In this document: piece by piece, positions 1 to 9,095 of the stretch
How positions within the stretch are numbered: the stretch's first letter is position 1
How the letters are laid out: each line of letters begins with the position of its first letter
Assembly (NCBI GenBank): GCA_024672315.1
Contig: GCA_024672315.1_4714.1
Length of the DNA stretch: 64,000 nt
From: a phage
Strand: one strand, 5' to 3'
Notes under the pieces: generated by a model
Told to the model about the DNA's origin: nothing
What the model saw: only the letters and a program-made list of their open reading frames with translations
Databases searched by the model: none
Made by a program: the position numbers and the translations under genes

Positions 1-1137
1 CACCATCGCCAGAGCACCTGGGTTATGCGGACCAATACCACGAGCCGCGTTGCTGATTAAAGACTGTGCCCATGCCATGCCGCTGTTCAGCGTAGCGATG
101 GTACCAATCAGACCCAGCACGAAGCTGTTCGGTGTGAACGCATCCAGCTCCAGCGGGTAAACGCTGGTCATCACGTAACGCGGCTGGTACTGTACAGTCG
201 GCGGTACCGGATAGCCGTTAACCAGAACAGGGCCTTGGTTGAAGGTCGGGTTCTGCGGGCTGTAGGTCAGGTCAATGTAACCGGTGGTGGCGACCAGACG
301 CTGTTGACTATCGTAATCGCTCATCGCTTGACGGATGCGGTTAGAGATAGTTACAGTGATGTCAGAACGCACAGGGTTACCAACAATATCGCTGTCCTGC
401 ATACCGCTGGTGTTGTACTGAACGCTGCTGATTGGCTGATCGCTTGCCATCATGCCCAGGTTGAACTGCGGCAGACCCAGTTTATCACCGAGACGGATTT
501 CGATCGCGGTTTGGATTGCGTTATCTGCAGCAGACAGCAGGGTGGTTGCCAGATGCGCAGATTCAGCGGTGATTTCATTGGTCACCACAGCCAGACCAGC
601 GATACGAACAGTACCGTTAGACTTACCGCCAATAGCTGAATACATTGCCGCCATGACTTCGTTGATGAACGTACCGTTCAGGTTATCAACCCAGGTACGC
701 GGTACCAGAATGTTACCATGCGGACCTTGTTCTTCACGACGCGGCAGCGGAGCCAGACCAGCAACCAGCGGCAGGACGTAACCGAAGAAGTGGTTATGAT
801 CACCAACTTTTGCACCGCTCATAACAACCAGGGTCGGATACGGTACGCTGTACTGGTTCGGGTCAACCGCAACAAAGATGAAGTCGTCTTTGAACTGGGT
901 ATCTTCCAGATATTTCTCCATCAGACGACGGAGATTCAGTACCTGCTCGGAGCCGGTATTACGGCTGATACGACGGCTCAGTGTACGGTTGATCGTACGC
1001 ATCGTATGAGTTACTTTAGGACGGTCGGCAAAATCTGCAGCGGTTTCCAGCGCCTCATCAGCACGTTGTGCGGTGCGGGTTTCAGCTGCACGAATTTCTA
1101 CATTATCGTTACCGTTATTACGTACGTCTAAGCCCAT
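1..1137 (-). CDS. Highly expressed protein of unknown function, truncated by the window edge (at least 378 aa, N-terminus MGLDVRNNGND)
   Basis: Uninterrupted minus-strand reading frame from ATG at 1137 to the window edge; strongly biased codon usage (CGT, CTG, GGT, AAC) typical of abundant proteins; plus-strand ORFs listed here are shadow ORFs. Preceded by early-promoter-like motif at 1208-1240. Confidence 0.7.
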   Translation of the reverse strand, partial: MGLDVRNNGNDNVEIRAAETRTAQRADEALETAADFADRPKVTHTMRTINRTLSRRISRNTGSEQVLNLRRLMEKYLEDTQFKDDFIFVAVDPNQYSVPYPTLVVMSGAKVGDHNHFFGYVLPLVAGLAPLPRREEQGPHGNILVPRTWVDNLNGTFINEVMAAMYSAIGGKSNGTVRIAGLAVVTNEITAESAHLATTLLSAADNAIQTAIEIRLGDKLGLPQFNLGMMASDQPISSVQYNTSGMQDSDIVGNPVRSDITVTISNRIRQAMSDYDSQQRLVATTGYIDLTYSPQNPTFNQGPVLVNGYPVPPTVQYQPRYVMTSVYPLELDAFTPNSFVLGLIGTIATLNSGMAWAQSLISNAARGIGPHNPGALAMV

Positions 1138-1207
1138 TTGGGATTCCTCTTTTCTTAAACTTTATTAAATGACGTCATTGAATCAGCTTCTACTCGCTCA
1201 TTCACCT

Positions 1208-1240
1208 AGGTAATATAACCCTGAAATTTTTTTCAATATT
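1208..1240 (-). promoter_or_regulatory. Early-promoter-like motif copy 1 (minus-strand reading TATTGAAAAAAATTTCAGGGTTATATTACCTA)
   Basis: One of three near-identical ~33-nt elements (A-tract plus TATATTAC), about 70 nt upstream of the leftward gene start at 1137. Confidence 0.5.
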
Positions 1241-1391
1241 GGTGTAACCGCATTGAACGATATAAACCCCTAGGCGAACGCTGCCGAGAAGCAACATTCT
1301 TTCTACATATAATCAGGATATGTCTGTAAACTTTTACTTCTCTTATTGAGAGTAATGTCATATCCGTTTACCATCTTCTTACGGAGTTCGT

Positions 1392-2486
1392 ATGTTTCGT
1401 GTTTTAAATAACCTCCCGCGAACATCATCGGGTGTGCAACCCGTCCCTCAGAAAGACTATCTAATACGCGAAGTTCAAAGAAACCTACAGACAATCCAGA
1501 ACCACTATCAAGGTTTTACCTTCGCGGTTCAGAGCGATCACATCCTTGCGTTGCTGCTCGCACAGCTCCCTATGAGATACGACATCTCAGTACAAACTTA
1601 CTACGACATGATTCTCGATCTTACCCCAGAATTGGGTAATCGTGTCAAGTTGACAACATCAAGATACGCGGGTAAGTTATTCGACGGTGCTTTCTATCCG
1701 GGATTGCACGAAGCTATTATTGCAACCGGTGAAAGTCGTCTTATTTCACGTGACGTTCTTGATAACTGGCGTAATTGGTCACCAGTTAGAATCGTGACGC
1801 ATCCATACGCAAATCTTCGTTACATTCCTCTTCACCGAAAGCAGATTGAAGAAGGACGAGGTTTTGCGGTTATTATGGTTGATGTGCCTTTATTAGCGCT
1901 ACAGTATCGAATGTGGTCTTTGGTCATGGGTCATAACGACGACGGTAAATGGGTGGTTAAAGAACCGGTTACAAGCTTCCTTGCGAGTTTTCCGTTGGTT
2001 AACGCATTATACTCACACAACGATGTTGTTATACGCAATCGTTGTTTATGGATATCTCCGGCTAAGAATCCACTCAAATCACCAATTTACGTTAACGACC
2101 TTGATAACGTATTCAGCCAAGTCGTTCTGTCCGTACAGCATCATTTATTACGAAGAAGACGAAGCTACACCGACATGCTTAAACAGATACCGAGTTTATA
2201 CGGAGATCAGTACCAAGCAACCCGAATGGGCTACACCGTCGATCTTCGACAAACACGATGGGCAAGGGATCTGGGTTGTCTGTCATTATGGCAACAACTC
2301 GTCACATTGCAAAACGTATCTGAAAGCGTCGGGTTCAGCAGTCAAATCGATAATGACCTGTATCGTGCTGCCGACCGAAGTCTAAAAGAAGGTAACTGGG
2401 AGTCCTCTCCGTTACCTGGCGATTTAAGACGTGAAGTTATTGCACAGGTTGCCGACCTCTTAAAAATTCTTCCTGCTGGTGCATAA
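1392..2486 (+). CDS. Hypothetical protein (364 aa)
   Basis: Long ORF with ATG start preceded by a purine-rich RBS-like sequence (ACGGAG); no recognisable motifs. Confidence 0.6.
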   Translation: MFRVLNNLPRTSSGVQPVPQKDYLIREVQRNLQTIQNHYQGFTFAVQSDHILALLLAQLPMRYDISVQTYYDMILDLTPELGNRVKLTTSRYAGKLFDGAFYPGLHEAIIATGESRLISRDVLDNWRNWSPVRIVTHPYANLRYIPLHRKQIEEGRGFAVIMVDVPLLALQYRMWSLVMGHNDDGKWVVKEPVTSFLASFPLVNALYSHNDVVIRNRCLWISPAKNPLKSPIYVNDLDNVFSQVVLSVQHHLLRRRRSYTDMLKQIPSLYGDQYQATRMGYTVDLRQTRWARDLGCLSLWQQLVTLQNVSESVGFSSQIDNDLYRAADRSLKEGNWESSPLPGDLRREVIAQVADLLKILPAGA

Positions 2487-2489
2487 TCA

Positions 2490-2535
2490 CCTCCCTCTTC
2501 CCTTGCATCCTCCCAACCCGTAAGGGAAGGGAGGA
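2490..2535. terminator. Imperfect pyrimidine/purine-arm hairpin between convergent genes (candidate bidirectional terminator)
   Basis: CCTCCCTCTTCCCTT ... AAGGGAAGGGAGG inverted repeat between the + gene ending at 2486 and the - gene ending at 2553. Confidence 0.4.
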
Positions 2536-2552
2536 TGGGGTGGTGGATTATG

Positions 2553-4706
2553 TTACTCTGTGGTTTCTCGCTTCGGTAAATAACTTGCTGCAATGTCTTG
2601 GGCTAACAATGTATTGTTTTTATTCGAGATGAAAATACCGTAACTTTCCATTAACGCGTAATACGAACGCACGAGCGTAGAGATCAATCGACGAATATCC
2701 ATACCTTGAATAAAGATATCGGGAAGCCCGGAGGCTTCGATCACCGGTAATGGTATCGTTAAGTTGCTTATCGTTTTCTTATCGTTACGTACAATCCAAT
2801 CACGGAAACGTTGTTGTAACCCTTTATCCTCCCAGGAATCAATCCAATCGTTAAGAAGCGTTTTGTTCTTCGTCGCCAACGGCACACGAACCCCAACATA
2901 GGGTGGTTCCTGGCAATGGCCGTACGATTGAGCAAACACCTCTTCCCACATATCGTAAGACTGTTTCGTTACTGCAACATGCGGTTTCACTTTAACACGT
3001 GTTAAGAAATCAGGATCACCACGTTTCATGGACTCAACGATTTCGTTTTCTAACGAGATAATATCGTCAAGAACCAATCGAATGCTGATCTTCTCATTAC
3101 GTAACAGCTTATCCATGATACCGCACATCATGCGTTCAACACGTTTGACGATCATTTTTGGTGCTGACGCATCGCGCATAACCGGACCTTTCAATTCCAG
3201 CTTCGGTGGATTGATAGGAACCCCTTCACGCATGGTCATGTAACCGTAATAGTTTTTACCCATCGAGGTTAACGACAGAATCAAGAACATATATTCGTTC
3301 TTCATTTCCATCACGTACATATGCTCTTTCGCCACACCGATATTACCAGAACACATCGCCATCAGATGGACTGTAATCTGCGTAACCAGATAGATAAGCG
3401 TGTTTGCTAAGCGCGTCGAAACTGGATTGATCTCCATATTTCCAAATCGCCACTGAACCCACTCCTGGCAGGTAAACACTGTCGAGTCGGTATCAGACAA
3501 CACACCCACTTCACGGATTGCTGATGGGAAAGCATAAACGCCAGCCGGTTGATTCTCGGTACGCCAGAACGCCATAATCAAATCAGCGTAGCTTTGGATA
3601 CGCTGTAGCATTAATTTTGTCGTTGCTGCGGTAAGACGATAACCAAGTTCATTTCCTTTTTCTAGCGCTACGTAAATCGCCTCCCCATTCAAGAACTCCG
3701 TGCATTGTGCTGTAATCCAAGCAACCGTGTTGTTATCCATGGAAGCAATAATGGCTTTAGCCTCTTCCATCGTTTCAACAGGTTCGGATGCCAGTTCACA
3801 TAACGAGTCAAGAAAATCTCGAACAAATTCAGGATTAAGCTCACGTAACGAGTACAGGTTATTGCTGTACATGTAGCAGGCGCGTTCTAATGGCGTTAAA
3901 CCGGTAATTAGCTCCCGGATGGTCAGCTCTTTCTCTGGGTCGAAAGTATATCGATGCAAGCATTTCGATACGTTAGCCCAAACCTCTTCCGGCGTAGGGT
4001 AATGCAGTTTGTATTTTACCATTACCTGCTCAATGGCTTTACGATCGCTATTACGAACAATGCTCACGATGTTTTCAATTGCGATATCACAATCGTAATA
4101 ATGGAAATTGCCCGCAAGGAAGCGTTCGTTGTTCGCATTGGCTGAACCTGAAGCACAGCGACATGTTGTCGTTAAGCTTGGATGCGCAATCGGATTATAA
4201 AAAGGGTTGAACTTGGACGCCTGGGTTCCTGACAAACTGTTGTTATCTAACTTGGTGTTGGTTTGTCGCTTATCGTGTAACTCAGCTTCATCTTTACGTC
4301 CGTGTGCTTGTGCTATCGACATTTGTTTCTTTTGTTTCTTACGCAACTTACCGTTTTCAACCGCAAAGTCGCTTAGCACACTGGAGCGTGTCTCACGTGG
4401 ATAACAGTTAGCCCACACCGGCGTGATAATTAAATTATTTTCTTTAATATCGTTGAAGTATTGGCTGAACTTGATGACTTCTTTTTCACGATTTCCTTCG
4501 GTACGCTGTGTTAATACCAGGCAGTCGGGATCAACCATCCCGTATTTTCCACCAGGACGAACCGTTTCAAGAACAAACTGCAACGCTTCCTGCTGAGATA
4601 TCCCACGCATGCGCATTAAGAATAGGGTATAATCCTGTACCGCTTCTTTGGTCATATCCAACGTACGACCATATCCGTTTTCATCGTAAAAGAACGGATT
4701 TTCCAT
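2553..4706 (-). CDS. Hypothetical protein (717 aa)
   Basis: Long ORF; ATG at 4706 preceded by TGGAGGATTT (RBS); no motifs confidently recognised. Confidence 0.7.
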   Translation of the reverse strand: MENPFFYDENGYGRTLDMTKEAVQDYTLFLMRMRGISQQEALQFVLETVRPGGKYGMVDPDCLVLTQRTEGNREKEVIKFSQYFNDIKENNLIITPVWANCYPRETRSSVLSDFAVENGKLRKKQKKQMSIAQAHGRKDEAELHDKRQTNTKLDNNSLSGTQASKFNPFYNPIAHPSLTTTCRCASGSANANNERFLAGNFHYYDCDIAIENIVSIVRNSDRKAIEQVMVKYKLHYPTPEEVWANVSKCLHRYTFDPEKELTIRELITGLTPLERACYMYSNNLYSLRELNPEFVRDFLDSLCELASEPVETMEEAKAIIASMDNNTVAWITAQCTEFLNGEAIYVALEKGNELGYRLTAATTKLMLQRIQSYADLIMAFWRTENQPAGVYAFPSAIREVGVLSDTDSTVFTCQEWVQWRFGNMEINPVSTRLANTLIYLVTQITVHLMAMCSGNIGVAKEHMYVMEMKNEYMFLILSLTSMGKNYYGYMTMREGVPINPPKLELKGPVMRDASAPKMIVKRVERMMCGIMDKLLRNEKISIRLVLDDIISLENEIVESMKRGDPDFLTRVKVKPHVAVTKQSYDMWEEVFAQSYGHCQEPPYVGVRVPLATKNKTLLNDWIDSWEDKGLQQRFRDWIVRNDKKTISNLTIPLPVIEASGLPDIFIQGMDIRRLISTLVRSYYALMESYGIFISNKNNTLLAQDIAASYLPKRETTE

Positions 4707-4767
4707 AAATCCTCCAAAAGTTATTTAGTCTGTCTACATCATCTCGTATATCTGTTAAAAAAGAAGG

Positions 4768-4809
4768 ACGGCATAAAAAAGAACCGATCCAGCCGAAGCC
4801 AGATCGGTT
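4768..4809 (-). promoter_or_regulatory. Hairpin plus TTTTTTATGCCGTCC element upstream of the 717-aa gene (candidate terminator/late-promoter module)
   Basis: 8-bp stem AACCGATC/GATCGGTT followed on the coding strand by the U-rich TATGCCG motif, about 60 nt upstream of the ATG at 4706. Confidence 0.45.
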
Positions 4810-5005
4810 AAAAAGGATAATAACTGACAGAAAGATATCGATGATGTTCGTGAAACAAGATCTTCTCTCGTGCACAATGATGCTAGATCAGAGGGAGGTT
4901 GTAACACGAGAGGCGATTCGCCAAAGAAGGAATAAAAAACACGAATCTATCTTATTTCACTGATGGCACTAACCACTCAAAATATATAGTACTGTATGTA
5001 AAAGT

Positions 5006-5419
5006 TTACTGATTAATCAAGTCGTTAGCAACAATCTTAGTGTAACCTGCCTGATTAAGAATCTGATTAATTTTCGTCACGTCGGTCGCATCCTCAATAA
5101 CGATGCTGGGTTTATAGATCAGCGTCTTGGTAACGACGATTGTACTCTCCTTAATCCAAGGAATCCCTAGAATCACATACTCGCCATCGGCTGTAATGAC
5201 CTCGACGTAATTGTATCTCGTCGGATCGTTCGGTACACTAGACGGGAGCCGGGAATAAATCTGTTGGTGAATGGCGTCTACATCACGGCCGTTGCGCACA
5301 GCCGTACGATAATTGTACACGGCGCTAATTTCTACTCCGTTGAAGTTAACCCCAAGTTCTGGGGCGTATACATCAAAACTCACAACAGAGCCAATCTTTT
5401 CTAAATCAGAAGCTGGCAT
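5006..5419 (-). CDS. Hypothetical protein (137 aa)
   Basis: ORF in a co-directional minus-strand gene array. Confidence 0.55.
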   Translation of the reverse strand: MPASDLEKIGSVVSFDVYAPELGVNFNGVEISAVYNYRTAVRNGRDVDAIHQQIYSRLPSSVPNDPTRYNYVEVITADGEYVILGIPWIKESTIVVTKTLIYKPSIVIEDATDVTKINQILNQAGYTKIVANDLINQ

Positions 5420-5430
5420 AATAGCATCCT

Positions 5431-5952
5431 TTATTTAAAAATGTATTCGTATCCGAAGGTCGTCGCCGACCAGACCCGGATAGATGATAGTGTTCCGCCA
5501 CGATAAAACGTTTTTGTGAATTCCATATCCTGGGCAACACGATAATAAACACGTCCGATAATACGCACGATAAGGTTTCGTGATAACGATCTCTCCTCGC
5601 AGTACTCATCGATAAAGTCATCGTCGATATCCGATAAGACAACATCTGCAATTTCTTGCAGTAGATTCCTCATCAGCATCTGCCTTCCTTCGGTACCCCA
5701 CCCAGACAAACAGTAATCGTCTTCTGCCTGACTATAGATGTCGTTAACCGCCTGTTCGAGCAGTTGCTCAAGATAGTAGTCATCGCGTTTTATAACGTGG
5801 CGACGGCGCTCAGTGGCGTATTTTTCCATCCTGTGTTTCTCTTGTTCGGCGTATGTATTAACGACGCCACAGTCTTTTCTGGATCGTCCCACAATGCACG
5901 ACGAAAACTGGATACTACCATAACGGTAGGATAGATTTGTACAACCTCCCAT
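5431..5952 (-). CDS. Hypothetical protein (start uncertain; may begin at internal Met near 5829)
   Basis: ORF overlaps the upstream ORF 5790-6278 by 163 nt in another frame; an internal ATG (MEKYATERR) would reduce the overlap to about 40 nt. Confidence 0.4.
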   Translation of the reverse strand: MGGCTNLSYRYGSIQFSSCIVGRSRKDCGVVNTYAEQEKHRMEKYATERRRHVIKRDDYYLEQLLEQAVNDIYSQAEDDYCLSGWGTEGRQMLMRNLLQEIADVVLSDIDDDFIDEYCEERSLSRNLIVRIIGRVYYRVAQDMEFTKTFYRGGTLSSIRVWSATTFGYEYIFK

Positions 5953-6278
5953 CCGTAACGATGTGCGTTAGTCGTACGTCCGACATTGAACAGACATAGC
6001 TGATTTAAGAAACAGAGCTGCATCTTCGTAAACAACACCATGTCTTCACGTTTAACGTATCCGAGGATATACGCATTCTCGAACGCCTCGCGTGACAAGA
6101 CGGGACGATTAAGATACCGCAACGCCAGTACCAACAACGTTGTTATGCGCAACGGATCTTCTGGGTCATTCATGGTGCTCAGCTCTGCTTGTAACCAGTC
6201 AGGGATAGTAACCGTCAGACGATAGGTATCTGTTCCACGATCAACCACATTCAATGTTGAAAAAGGCAACATATCCAT
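5790..6278 (-). CDS. Hypothetical protein (162 aa)
   Basis: ORF in minus-strand array; small overlaps with neighbours. Confidence 0.45.
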   Translation of the reverse strand: MDMLPFSTLNVVDRGTDTYRLTVTIPDWLQAELSTMNDPEDPLRITTLLVLALRYLNRPVLSREAFENAYILGYVKREDMVLFTKMQLCFLNQLCLFNVGRTTNAHRYGWEVVQIYPTVMVVSSFRRALWDDPEKTVASLIHTPNKRNTGWKNTPLSAVATL

Positions 6279-6735
6279 GAATTCCTTCTAGCTCGAGGTT
6301 GTTCTCGCCGGTCTTCGGTAATAACCCACTGGCCGTTAACATCTGTGTCATCGAGTAGTCAAAGCACGGAAATATCAGGTTAACGGTTTCCTGGATCGCG
6401 TCAACATAACTATAAATGGCTTCATAATACTCACCATCATGATCTACGCTAACCAGTTCCTGACACAGTTCTTCGCTTATCATTTCATATACCGGTGGAT
6501 ACCACGATTGAAATGGTCGCTGCATACGTAACGACCAATACTCGTACGTCGTATACTGAAGCACGTCATATGCCGATACGTTAATGCGGTCGAAGAAAGT
6601 ATACTTGTCCATATGCTGATACAACATCGCCAGCACGGTTTCCAAGCACACCGATATCCGCACGCCGTCATCTTTCCCGTTAAGAAAATTAGGTTTCTGC
6701 CGATAACGCACAAATGCCGACGGCTTCGATTGCAT
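6241..6735 (-). CDS. Hypothetical protein (165 aa, start MQSKPSAFV)
   Basis: ATG at 6735 overlaps the upstream stop in a TAATG arrangement (translational coupling); the track start at 6816 would overlap the upstream gene. Confidence 0.55.
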   Translation of the reverse strand: MQSKPSAFVRYRQKPNFLNGKDDGVRISVCLETVLAMLYQHMDKYTFFDRINVSAYDVLQYTTYEYWSLRMQRPFQSWYPPVYEMISEELCQELVSVDHDGEYYEAIYSYVDAIQETVNLIFPCFDYSMTQMLTASGLLPKTGENNLELEGIHGYVAFFNIECG

Positions 6736-7418
6736 TATTCCACCACCAACCATAACGTCATACTCGTATCTAACGTAAAATTGAAATGCCACCAATCTTC
6801 TACACGTGGAATCCACGTACGAAGGATTTGGTTAACTTCGCTTCGCATCACCGATAAACGACAACGAAAATCGAACTTCTCATCATGGCCGTAGTCTTCA
6901 TGCATGAAAACTTCATCCAGAACGAACTCAAGTTGCATGTCGACATCACGGCCAGAGATATTCCGTTTGTACAAATACAACTCAATCGTGTCGTAAAGCA
7001 ACGTATGAATATCATAATTTCCGTTCGGTGAGAAATAAGGTAACCGCTCATCGAGCATCGAAAACAGATATTCGCTGTAGTTTAATAACGGGATGATGTA
7101 CCGACGCCCTGTCTGTGGTGTGCGAATATGTATCGAAACCTGACTTGGGCGCGGAATAACCGACGGCTTAGAATCGTCTCTCTGAAATTGCTCTAAAGAT
7201 CGCAACAAAGGTGGCCGCATTGTAACTCTCCAACGCCCAATTGTAAGGCCCTTCCAACATGTGTTCCCATACGTGAATAAACTCACTACCGAAGACAGGC
7301 TCCAGCGCCATGGTGAGATTCGTAAGTTCTGACGCGGCCGCATGGTAAGCATCAACATGTCTTTCCATTGACGGATCGTCTTCATTGAAAATACGTTCTG
7401 TATCGCCAGCCCGCTCAA
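6735..7418 (-). CDS. Hypothetical protein; only the C-terminal ~108 codons (from ATG near 7058) look protein-like
   Basis: N-terminal 120 codons of this frame are W/R-rich and low-complexity, while the overlapping frame 7168-7797 looks coding across the same region; see frameshift finding. Confidence 0.35.
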   Translation of the reverse strand: MSGLAIQNVFSMKTIRQWKDMLMLTMRPRQNLRISPWRWSLSSVVSLFTYGNTCWKGLTIGRWRVTMRPPLLRSLEQFQRDDSKPSVIPRPSQVSIHIRTPQTGRRYIIPLLNYSEYLFSMLDERLPYFSPNGNYDIHTLLYDTIELYLYKRNISGRDVDMQLEFVLDEVFMHEDYGHDEKFDFRCRLSVMRSEVNQILRTWIPRVEDWWHFNFTLDTSMTLWLVVE

Positions 7419-7797
7419 TAAGTTCGGTAATGAGATCTGTCCATGTCTCGTGACACGTCATCATTTCCTGCTCTCGACTTAGTATGCCGATGTCTGCGTG
7501 GACGCTGGACTCGAACCGGTCTAAAAGGACCCGAAGAACGTGCACCTTGTCGATGTATTTCACCGTTATCCAAGAAAGCGGTTGCCATCGACTCAACATC
7601 CATCCGGTACTCGGGAACCCCAAACTCATATAGTACGGGTTGCACCGGACCGAAGACGGAGCGACGTTGTTTAAATCGTTCCTTAAGGGCAAGGCCTTGT
7701 TTAATATAAACGGGTTCATTGGCGAGCTGTTCCGCTTTTCGTTTTGCGTGAGCCAATCGAAGTTCTTCCAATTGCCCAAGCCATTCAAATTGTTCAT
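7168..7797 (-). CDS. Hypothetical protein or C-terminal portion of the upstream gene after a frame change
   Basis: Protein-like translation through its stop at 7168; overlaps 7415-8392 by about 380 nt, and that ORF has a low-complexity basic C-terminal tail over the same region. Confidence 0.4.
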   Translation of the reverse strand: MNNLNGLGNWKNFDWLTQNEKRNSSPMNPFILNKALPLRNDLNNVAPSSVRCNPYYMSLGFPSTGWMLSRWQPLSWITVKYIDKVHVLRVLLDRFESSVHADIGILSREQEMMTCHETWTDLITELIERAGDTERIFNEDDPSMERHVDAYHAAASELTNLTMALEPVFGSEFIHVWEHMLEGPYNWALESYNAATFVAIFRAISERRF

Positions 7798-8392
7798 CTG
7801 TTAGCTCCTGGGGACGTTCAACAATCGCGCCAGACGGGCAGATATTGATCGTAATGTTAATTGACGGCATCGCCATCACTCGAGGATTACTATTACGTAC
7901 GCGGACAACGTGTTCGGTTGCTGATTTACGATCGACGCAATACTCTGTTTCTTGGAACTCAAATGCTTTTAACGGCGTTGGTTTTGTTTGACGTTTAGGA
8001 ACGCGGCCAAGATCAACAATATAGGCATAATCGCACACACGTTCTATTCCGTAAATACGGTTATCCGACCAGTTCTTACCAAACAGCTTATTGTGATGAT
8101 AAGACAGATATTCGGTTACCATACCCTGGACAACATCGAAGTCTTCTCGAAATTCAGGTTGGTACCAAATCGGGCCGAGAATATCTGCGAACGATTCATG
8201 ACGATATCGAGGATCATGTCGAGTCCAGGTCATTCTCTGGTTAAGATCGAAATCCACCAACAACTCGGTTAATTGCAATTTTTCCTTCGGAGAAAGCTGG
8301 CGTTGATGATGCAAACTCAGGCAATCGATAAGCGGTAATGAAACCCACGATGCTAATGTGTACAAATCGATCCTGGCTAATCTCTTGGTCAT
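7415..8392 (-). CDS. Hypothetical protein (325 aa)
   Basis: Long ORF; the C-terminal ~45 residues are basic and low-complexity (possible frame artefact). Confidence 0.55.
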   Translation of the reverse strand: MTKRLARIDLYTLASWVSLPLIDCLSLHHQRQLSPKEKLQLTELLVDFDLNQRMTWTRHDPRYRHESFADILGPIWYQPEFREDFDVVQGMVTEYLSYHHNKLFGKNWSDNRIYGIERVCDYAYIVDLGRVPKRQTKPTPLKAFEFQETEYCVDRKSATEHVVRVRNSNPRVMAMPSINITINICPSGAIVERPQELTDEQFEWLGQLEELRLAHAKRKAEQLANEPVYIKQGLALKERFKQRRSVFGPVQPVLYEFGVPEYRMDVESMATAFLDNGEIHRQGARSSGPFRPVRVQRPRRHRHTKSRAGNDDVSRDMDRSHYRTY

Positions 8393-8483
8393 ACTCTTTT
8401 CCTAAGTCCCCATTGTTTATACACACGATATCTGGGAATAGTTAAAATATACGGCGTAAAACGAAGCAGGAGAGTTTCTGACG

Positions 8484-8804
8484 TCATTTTCTCCCTCTTC
8501 GAATACCACCGATACCTCTTTCGTCTAAGACGTCCCAGGCACGCTTTATTTCATCCTCCGTTGCTCTGGTATCTGGAGGGACAACCATAACACAGTCGTG
8601 GAATGGCCAATGTGTAGGTCTGGGATTAGCGAACAAATCATCCCATTCAAATGTCCATTCTTTCTTTGAGCGATTGTAATAGAGCGTAAGGTACGTGTTG
8701 GTATACGCCGGATAACCACGCATAACCTCAATATCCTTGCGATCTTGCCGTTCCTGATTCCAATCGTTAAACCGCTTTCTTATTTTCTCCCACCACTTTC
8801 CCAT
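8484..8804 (-). CDS. Hypothetical protein (106 aa)
   Basis: ATG at 8804 preceded by TAGGAGAAAGC (RBS) and the hairpin/TATGCCG element. Confidence 0.6.
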   Translation of the reverse strand: MGKWWEKIRKRFNDWNQERQDRKDIEVMRGYPAYTNTYLTLYYNRSKKEWTFEWDDLFANPRPTHWPFHDCVMVVPPDTRATEDEIKRAWDVLDERGIGGIRRGRK

Positions 8805-8817
8805 GCTTTCTCCTACG

Positions 8818-8848
8818 CGGCATAAAAGCCTGCCCCGAAGGACAGGCT
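8818..8848 (-). promoter_or_regulatory. Hairpin plus TTTTATGCCGCG element (candidate terminator/late-promoter module)
   Basis: Short GC hairpin followed on the coding strand by TTTTATGCCG about 20 nt upstream of the ATG at 8804. Confidence 0.45.
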
Positions 8849-8857
8849 CGATAGAAC

Positions 8858-9058
8858 TTAATAACCATCCAATTTCAATGAAGGATGGTTGACGATATGT
8901 GCGTGTTTTGCTGGGTCATATAGCTGATATGGAAAATAGCCATGCCATTGACGGCCTTGGCATTTCGTACACAGGAACTGACCAGCACTTTGTCGATTCT
9001 CGTAAGCGAGTTCGGTACTATCAACATGACCGCAACGTTCGCAGATAAACAGCGACAT
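8858..9058 (-). CDS. Small zinc-ribbon protein (66 aa)
   Basis: Two CxxC pairs (CERC ... CTKC) spaced about 20 residues apart. Confidence 0.5.
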   Translation of the reverse strand: MSLFICERCGHVDSTELAYENRQSAGQFLCTKCQGRQWHGYFPYQLYDPAKHAHIVNHPSLKLDGY

Positions 9059-9095
9059 AGCGCATCCCCATTCACTTGAACTTTTTGGTTCGGTG

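Noticed and set aside
235-1131. Plus-strand ORFs 235-639, 452-781 and 718-1131 from the ORF track
   Set aside because: They lie entirely inside a strongly codon-biased minus-strand gene (1-1137) and have low-complexity, atypical composition; treated as shadow ORFs.
7495-7520. tRNA-like T-arm sequence (minus-strand GGTTCGAGTCC)
   Set aside because: No complementary T-stem, acceptor stem or anticodon arm could be built around it and it lies inside a coding region; no convincing tRNA was found in the window.
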